This document shows, piece by piece, positions 59,782 through 64,000 of a DNA stretch of 64,000 bases. The notes beneath the pieces are model-generated. The model made no database searches. It saw only the letters and a list, made by a program, of their open reading frames with translations, and was not told the origin of the DNA. This stretch comes from Coriobacteriia bacterium. GTDB taxonomy: Bacteria > Actinomycetota > Coriobacteriia > Coriobacteriales > UBA8131. Position 1 is the stretch's first letter, and each line of letters begins with the position of its first letter. The DNA lies in the NCBI GenBank assembly GCA_009784945.1, contig WQXH01000001.1, positions 23,257 to 87,256 of the forward strand. Direction: 5' to 3'. Position numbers and translations under genes: made by a program.

Positions 59782-60014
59782 TTAAAGTTCGCATCTTGCC
59801 GCCCCCCGGCTGGAAGGCAAAAAAGCTTGATGAACGTTACTGGCTGGAGCTACCTGATGGAGCAACTTTGGCTGACGCTTTGGCGGCAATAAAAATGCCC
59901 AAGCTTGTGGCTAAGGCATTCTTTGTGAGCATTAATGGTGCTCTTGCTCGTCCTGGTGATGAGTTGCTAGATGGCGACTCAGTTGCCTTCTTTCCCATTG
60001 TCACCGGAGGCTAG
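59778..60014 (+). CDS. MoaD/ThiS-family small sulfur-carrier protein
   Basis: 78 aa, beta-grasp-like, ending ...FFPIVTGG (C-terminal Gly-Gly). ATGA coupling to aor. Confidence 0.75.
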   Translation: MIKVRILPPPGWKAKKLDERYWLELPDGATLADALAAIKMPKLVAKAFFVSINGALARPGDELLDGDSVAFFPIVTGG

Positions 60015-60231
60015 CTGTTGTCAAAAAGCCTGATGCTACGGATACCTTTCATAAGGACTCCTGGCCTTAACACGTTAAGAGCTAAAAGGGCACGGATTTA
60101 AACATACTGAGCGCAACGAGCGCGCAACGAGAGCGAGCACCGTTATCGTTTGTGCTAAAGAGCTCGTTATGCTACTATTCGCTATCTGTGTTAACCCTGA
60201 CTTTGTCAGGAAAGAGTGAGGAAGGCAACCC

Positions 60232-60495
60232 GTGGCAAATATCAAAAGCCAAAAGAAACGTAATATTACCAACGAGAAGTCTCGTCTGCGCAATAAAGCT
60301 GTCAAGAGTGAGCTACGCACACTTACCCGTCAAGTAAAGGATGCCGTAGCCGAAGGCGATAGTGAAAGAGCTCAAACAAGTGCTTCCAAAACGTGCAAGA
60401 TGCTCGACAAGGCAGCAAGCAAGGGCGTAATCCACAAGCAGCAAGCAGCCAATCGTAAGTCAGGTATCACCAAGCTGGCAAACAGCGTTGAGTAA
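60232..60495 (+). CDS. rpsT: 30S ribosomal protein S20
   Basis: [32 protein letters not shown] start after GAGGAAGG. Confidence 0.9.
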   Translation: MANIKSQKKRNITNEKSRLRNKAVKSELRTLTRQVKDAVAEGDSERAQTSASKTCKMLDKAASKGVIHKQQAANRKSGITKLANSVE

Positions 60496-60522
60496 CTAAG
60501 TCTTAAGCGTATCATTACGACC

Positions 60523-60557
60523 AAGCAGCGAGTCGCCACGGCAACTCGCTGCTTTTA
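60523..60557 (+). terminator. Intrinsic terminator of rpsT
   Basis: AAGCAGCGAGT pairs with ACTCGCTGCTT (11 bp) around a 10-nt loop, followed by TTT. Confidence 0.8.
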
Positions 60558-60694
60558 ATGTATGCCAAGGAACATGCAACTTCGTAGTTACCTCATAGTT
60601 GCCTCGCTGTTGCGCTTGTGCGAATCTCTTGCACTCTCAACACGTAAATTGTGTTAGTATACTCATTCGTATTTGAGCGCATTCATAGCTCGGC

Positions 60695-60770
60695 GGGCCG
60701 TTAGCTTAGTTGGTAGAGCAGGGGACTCTTAATCCCAAGGTCCGGGGTTCGAGTCCCCGACGGCCCACCA
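60695..60770 (+). tRNA. tRNA-Lys (anticodon CTT), CCA encoded
   Basis: Manual cloverleaf: acceptor GGGCCGT/ACGGCCC, D arm GCTT-AGTTGGTA-GAGC, anticodon loop CT-CTT-AA, T arm CGGGG-TTCGAGT-CCCCG, discriminator A, then CCA. 76 nt. The 27:43 position is a G-A mismatch. Confidence 0.9.
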
Positions 60771-60831
60771 GACACATACCTGATAGCCCAACGGGCTGTC
60801 AGGTATGTGTTTTTTAGTCGGGGGCTCGAAC
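60750..60831 (+). repeat. Direct repeat copy 1: tRNA-Lys T-loop-to-3'-end + terminator + inverted T-arm fragment
   Basis: CGAGTCCCCGACGGCCCACCAGACACATACCTGATAGCCCAACGGGCTGTCAGGTATGTGTTTTTTAGTCGGGGGCTCGAAC. It recurs 190 bp downstream with a 1-nt T indel and one substitution. Confidence 0.9.
60772..60815 (+). terminator. Intrinsic terminator directly after tRNA-Lys
   Basis: ACACATACCTGA pairs with TCAGGTATGTGT, with an inner TAGCCC-AAC-GGGCTG extension, followed by a T-run. Confidence 0.8.
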
Positions 60832-60939
60832 CCGAGAGGGACGAGGGCGTTTAACGGGGCGCCAGTGGCGCGCCGTAGCCTGAGTTCGCGAACGAACGGA
60901 GTGAGTGAGCAGGGTGTGGATTTGCGTAGCAAATACACA

Positions 60940-61020
60940 CGAGTCCCCGACGGCCCACCAGACACATACCTGATAGCCCAACGGGCTGTCAGGTATGTGT
61001 TTTTAGTCGGGGACTCGAAC
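60940..61020 (+). repeat. Direct repeat copy 2 (orphan tRNA-Lys 3' fragment + terminator copy)
   Basis: Same ~81-bp sequence as 60750..60831 but not preceded by the 5' two-thirds of a tRNA. It contains a second terminator hairpin (60962..61004). Confidence 0.9.
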
Positions 61021-61103
61021 TGATTTTAACACCAGTTACGCCAACCTATTTGGCTTAATGTGCTATAGTTTTGCGTTGCTGCACAAGGTGGCAGCTATTG
61101 TGT

Positions 61104-61180
<77 letters not shown>

Positions 61181-61258
61181 TTTCGCTTTCTTGCGTGCCC
61201 TGCACGCAAGATAATAGCTTAAACTGAAAAGTCTCAACTGATTATTGAGGTGACTTGA

Positions 61259-61711
61259 GTGATAGGAATAACAAAAGCGGAGCCAGAAGATCTGGAAAAG
61301 TTACTTGAGCTTCAGTATAGCGCCTATCAAAGCGAAGCGCAGATATATGATGACTATTCCATCCAACCGCTTACTCAAACTCTGAGCGAGGTTAAGGAGG
61401 AATTTCATAAAGGCGTCATTCTTAAGGCTGTGAGCGATGGCATGATAGTTGGCTCTGTGAGGGAGTATGCTGACGGCAACACAGTCCATATTGGTAAGCT
61501 TATGGTTCACCCAGACTATCAAGGCAAGGGAACAGGGAGGCGCCTGTTGTCCGCGATAGAGTCAGTGCTTTATCGGAAGCGGTTTGAGCTATTCACGGGA
61601 TCACAAAGCGAGAGGAACCTGCATCTGTATGAAAGCGCAGGATATACCCGTTTTTACGAGGAAGCCGATAAAGCCGGAGTAATTGACATCTATCTAGAAA
61701 AAAACTGTTAA
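61259..61711 (+). CDS. GNAT family N-acetyltransferase
   Basis: HPDYQGKGTGRRLLSAIE acetyl-CoA binding motif. 150 aa, GTG start. Confidence 0.7.
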   Translation: MIGITKAEPEDLEKLLELQYSAYQSEAQIYDDYSIQPLTQTLSEVKEEFHKGVILKAVSDGMIVGSVREYADGNTVHIGKLMVHPDYQGKGTGRRLLSAIESVLYRKRFELFTGSQSERNLHLYESAGYTRFYEEADKAGVIDIYLEKNC

Positions 61712-61787
61712 ACCTAAAGGAAAACGCTGAGCTAATAGTCTTATTGCCAGCGATTGGATTGAATCGAATAAACGGGAAGGCGCCATC

Positions 61788-62768
61788 TCAATAGAACCGC
61801 TCAAGGTCAAGCGCAGTGCGCAACTCATGGTGAGCCTTTGCAAACCCAGGATTACGATATTGAAGACGCTTCTCCATCCCTTGGGCAAGCTGCATGGCAA
61901 CCCTCTCAGTTTCCATAGGACTGTATATATGGGCGCTGGTCACAGTAATCAATAAAACACCCAGTGTGGCAAGGCTGTTGCGCTTTGTGGCATCTTGGGT
62001 TTGTTCTCTGGGGGCGAGGTGATGTTGTTTGCTGTCATATTCTACTGCTAAGTCATAGTCTGGCCAGTAGAGGTCGCAGCGGTAGGTGTTCTTGCCGGAA
62101 ACCCGTCGAGCAGTCGAAGCTGGTTTTACTGTTGCGTTGAACTTAGGCTTCAAAAGACCATATCCGCCATGCTTGTACGGGAGAGTTAAGAGCAAAAAGA
62201 GCTTGCTCTCCATCGGAGAAGCAGAGTTGTTGGCGAGGTAGCGCAGAACGCTTGAAAAACGTCTCTGCGCAAAAGTACCTTCCGTTTGTGATAAGAAGGA
62301 AGCAAGCCTTTCTACGCTGGACAAGCAGGGACGATTGAACAGGCGCTTTAGCATAGTCTCGGGGCTGCCGTAGTTGATGTTGGGGACAGAAACAGCGTAA
62401 GAGCCACAGAGCTCGAGGCCCAACTCCAGGAGATTTGGCAAGCTTAGCACGCGGCTCATCTGGAAGAAGCACAACTCCGGAGAGCTCACCATCAACCCTC
62501 CACCAACATCGACCACCGCACCCGGCGGGACCTGTCCGCTATGCAGATGCGGCCTCACCCCAACTGGCCACTTCCTCCCACCAGGCTTGCTCACTGCTAC
62601 ATCTAGAGGTCTCGAAAGCCCTAAGTCCCTTAGCTGGCGAATTCTAACAGCAGGGGGAAGCCTTTCCGGGAGAGCCTGCAGTTGTTGTGCGCGCCCTTCA
62701 AGAGCTAGCCGCGCATCGCAGATCCTCCAGTACTCAAGCGCCGATTTATGTGAAAGTAGTATCTCCAT
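61788..62768 (-). CDS. DUF559 / Vsr-like endonuclease-fold domain protein with N-terminal wHTH-like region
   Basis: The C-terminal YRCDLYWPDYDLAVEYDSKQHH... pattern (D..WP....(A/V)(V/I)E(Y/V)D) is typical of DUF559 proteins common in Actinomycetota. The function is unknown. Confidence 0.65.
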   Translation of the reverse strand: MEILLSHKSALEYWRICDARLALEGRAQQLQALPERLPPAVRIRQLRDLGLSRPLDVAVSKPGGRKWPVGVRPHLHSGQVPPGAVVDVGGGLMVSSPELCFFQMSRVLSLPNLLELGLELCGSYAVSVPNINYGSPETMLKRLFNRPCLSSVERLASFLSQTEGTFAQRRFSSVLRYLANNSASPMESKLFLLLTLPYKHGGYGLLKPKFNATVKPASTARRVSGKNTYRCDLYWPDYDLAVEYDSKQHHLAPREQTQDATKRNSLATLGVLLITVTSAHIYSPMETERVAMQLAQGMEKRLQYRNPGFAKAHHELRTALDLERFY

Positions 62769-63056
62769 GAGGGTATTCTAACAGAGATGCTACAAATTCA
62801 CGATTTTGCTAGGATGCTACAATGCAACCATTTGTGCACTATTGCTAAGCCGCTGGTAGATGACCAGTGCTCTTGACGAGTAAAAGAGTAGCCAGAAGCA
62901 GTGAAGTGCAAAATACCAGCATAATCGTGAATCCGAAACAATCATGTGCAATGACTGCCTCAGTGGTGCATTTGCTCGCACCCGCACATTAACTAATGAC
63001 ACAAATCTCATGCAACCTTGTTTTGCCTACCAGCAATTATGTTAATGTCCTTTATG

Positions 63057-63070
63057 GTCAACCCGACCAT
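63057..63070 (+). repeat. 14-bp direct repeat, right copy - candidate attR core
   Basis: GTCAACCCGACCAT is identical to 61168..61181 and is not part of a tRNA here. Confidence 0.8.
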
Positions 63071-63108
63071 CAAGACTATTGAGACTACAGGCCTCAATAG
63101 TCTTGATG
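63068..63108 (+). terminator. Perfect 16-bp hairpin immediately after the distal tRNA-Pro repeat (probable ancestral tRNA-Pro terminator)
   Basis: CATCAAGACTATTGAG (63068..63083) pairs with CTCAATAGTCTTGATG (63093..63108) around a 9-nt loop. The tail CTTTGTATT is only weakly T-rich. Confidence 0.5.
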
Positions 63109-63206
63109 CTTTGTATTACAGGAATTCATCCGGCAAAGAGTGAGGGTGTTAAGAGGGGGACCAATGACACAGGGAATAGGCAACGGACGTGTTGCGTGCT
63201 GAGCTT

Positions 63207-63215
63207 TGTTATAAT
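63207..63215 (+). promoter_or_regulatory. Candidate extended -10 promoter (TGTTATAAT) for asp23
   Basis: TGnTATAAT lies 42 nt upstream of the asp23 start. No good -35 was found. Inspection only. Confidence 0.3.
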
Positions 63216-63256
63216 TTGTTCTTCAATCAAAACCAATTGCTCAGGCGTAACAAGAA

Positions 63257-63646
63257 ATGCTGAGGTTTACCATGACTGAACTAATCGATTACACAGACGG
63301 ACCAATAGGGGGCTCACTAGTCGTTACCGACAACGTTATTGCTGACCTCATTGGGTACGCTGCCCTGGAAAGCTACGGTGTGGTGGGAATGGCTGCTCCA
63401 TCTTTGCAAGATGGATTCGCCAAACTTCTACCGGCTAGAGCGCTCCACAGAGGAGTTGTCATACATAATAATGAAGAAGGTATCAGCGCCAGTCTCTACG
63501 TTGTCATTGAATACGGTATGAATCTCTCTACTGTTTCAAATAATCTAGCCGACAGAGTGCGCTTTGTTCTTGAAGTCTACGCTGGACTCAAGGTAAAAGA
63601 CGTTTTGGTATACGTACAAGGCATTCGCACCTCGCCACGAGGCTAG
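63257..63646 (+). CDS. Asp23/Gls24 family envelope stress protein
   Basis: GGSLVVTDNVIADLIGYAALESYGVVGM...V.V.I.V.YG. Followed by a DAK2-domain gene (conserved yloU-yloV-like pair). Confidence 0.85.
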   Translation: MLRFTMTELIDYTDGPIGGSLVVTDNVIADLIGYAALESYGVVGMAAPSLQDGFAKLLPARALHRGVVIHNNEEGISASLYVVIEYGMNLSTVSNNLADRVRFVLEVYAGLKVKDVLVYVQGIRTSPRG

Positions 63647-63731
63647 CTGAGCCATTTTTGGGACTTGCAAATTATTACCCCCCTTTTTTTGAAGAGAGCA
63701 AGCCTCCCACTGTCGATAAGGAATTATATAC

Positions 63732-64000
63732 ATGAATAAGCTTTCACCACAACATTTCATACAGGCTATCTGTGCCGCTGGACAGGCGCTGGGCGATAAA
63801 AAAGAAGACATCAATCGCCTTAATGTCTTTCCGGTGCCAGATGGCGACACAGGCACCAATATGTCCCTCACCATTGACACGGTTATAGACGAGCTTTCCA
63901 AGCTCACCAAAGATGCCAACAAGACAGATATTTTTAGAGCGGTCACTCATGGCTCGCTCATGGGAGCACGCGGTAATTCAGGAGTAATCACCTCACAGAT
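63732..64000 (+). CDS. DAK2 domain fusion protein (YloV-like), 3'-truncated by the window edge
   Basis: This is an open frame from ATG 63732 to the window end, absent from the ORF track because no stop is reached. Translation: MNKLSPQHFIQAICAAGQALGDKKEDINRLNVFPVPDGDTGTNMSLTI...GARGNSGVITSQ, typical of the DAK2 N-terminus. Confidence 0.85.
   Translation, partial: MNKLSPQHFIQAICAAGQALGDKKEDINRLNVFPVPDGDTGTNMSLTIDTVIDELSKLTKDANKTDIFRAVTHGSLMGARGNSGVITSQ

Larger units (their letters stand above)
61182..63056. mobile_element. Putative degraded integrated islet (~1.9 kb) at tRNA-Pro, with no integrase retained
   Basis: It is bounded by exact 14-bp direct repeats of the tRNA-Pro 3' end. It carries only a GNAT gene, a DUF559-like gene and ~290 bp of non-coding DNA. 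A strong hairpin that looks like the original tRNA terminator follows the distal repeat. Confidence 0.4.

Noticed and set aside
60111-60131. Tandem GCGCAACGAG x2 and the nearby CTTAAC-AC-GTTAAG palindrome (60066..60079) upstream of rpsT
   Set aside because: Two copies of a 10-mer and a 6-bp-arm palindrome are too short to separate from chance. They may be promoter or operator elements, but there is no supporting context.
60729-61023. ORFs 60729..60965(-) and 60805..61023(+) spanning the tRNA-Lys repeats
   Set aside because: They read through a tRNA gene, terminator hairpins and duplicated att-like repeats. The translations are low-complexity. The repeat structure explains the open frames.
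62817-63279. Small ORFs 62817..63011(-) and 63079..63279(+) in the non-coding part of the tRNA-Pro islet and the asp23 upstream region
   Set aside because: There is no SD and no motifs, and one ORF runs across the att-like repeat and the 16-bp hairpin. This is more parsimoniously non-coding remnant DNA.

Overview
All calls rest on motif recognition, ORF geometry and manual inspection of repeats and hairpins; no searches or folding computations were run, and many start codons are uncertain by a few codons.

The window is a gene-dense, mostly core-genome segment of what looks like an anaerobic actinobacterium. The pyrR-pyrB-pyrC ... mihF-gmk-rpoZ synteny is actinobacterial. The tungsten-type aldehyde:ferredoxin oxidoreductase and the 4-subunit 2-oxoacid:ferredoxin oxidoreductase suggest a Coriobacteriia-like lifestyle; this taxon guess is inference only.

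Reading left to right:
- The distal end of a type IV pilus-like locus, with very unusual polyglycine-rich pilin-like proteins.
- rseP, then a PyrR-attenuated pyr operon (pyrR-B-C-carB-pyrK-D-F-E, with no carA).
- mihF-gmk-rpoZ-thiI, comEA-comEC-holA, tig-clpP-clpX, valS-folC, thrS and xth.
- A P-loop NTPase, a delta-alpha-beta-gamma 2-oxoacid:ferredoxin oxidoreductase, an XRE/cupin regulator and an acyl-CoA synthetase.
- guaB, ispG-proS, an orphan prepilin peptidase, an M42 peptidase, smpB, a CBS-pyrophosphatase fused in line with ribD-E-BA-H, and ilvE.
- A divergent Elp3 / Trm9-like methyltransferase pair.
- cysK, and a CDF transporter behind a structured leader with an intrinsic terminator.
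- A ThiF-like E1, aldehyde:ferredoxin oxidoreductase (AOR) and MoaD cluster, then rpsT.
- A tRNA-Lys/tRNA-Pro hotspot carrying duplicated tRNA 3' ends and a ~1.9 kb islet.
- asp23 and the start of a DAK2 (yloV-like) gene.

No rRNA, CRISPR array, intact IS element or integrase was seen.

The most interesting candidates are:
- the bacterial Elp3 + Trm9-like module;
- the polyglycine-domain pilins;
- the possible NiCo/czcD-like leader upstream of the CDF gene;
- the att-like repeats at the two tRNAs.
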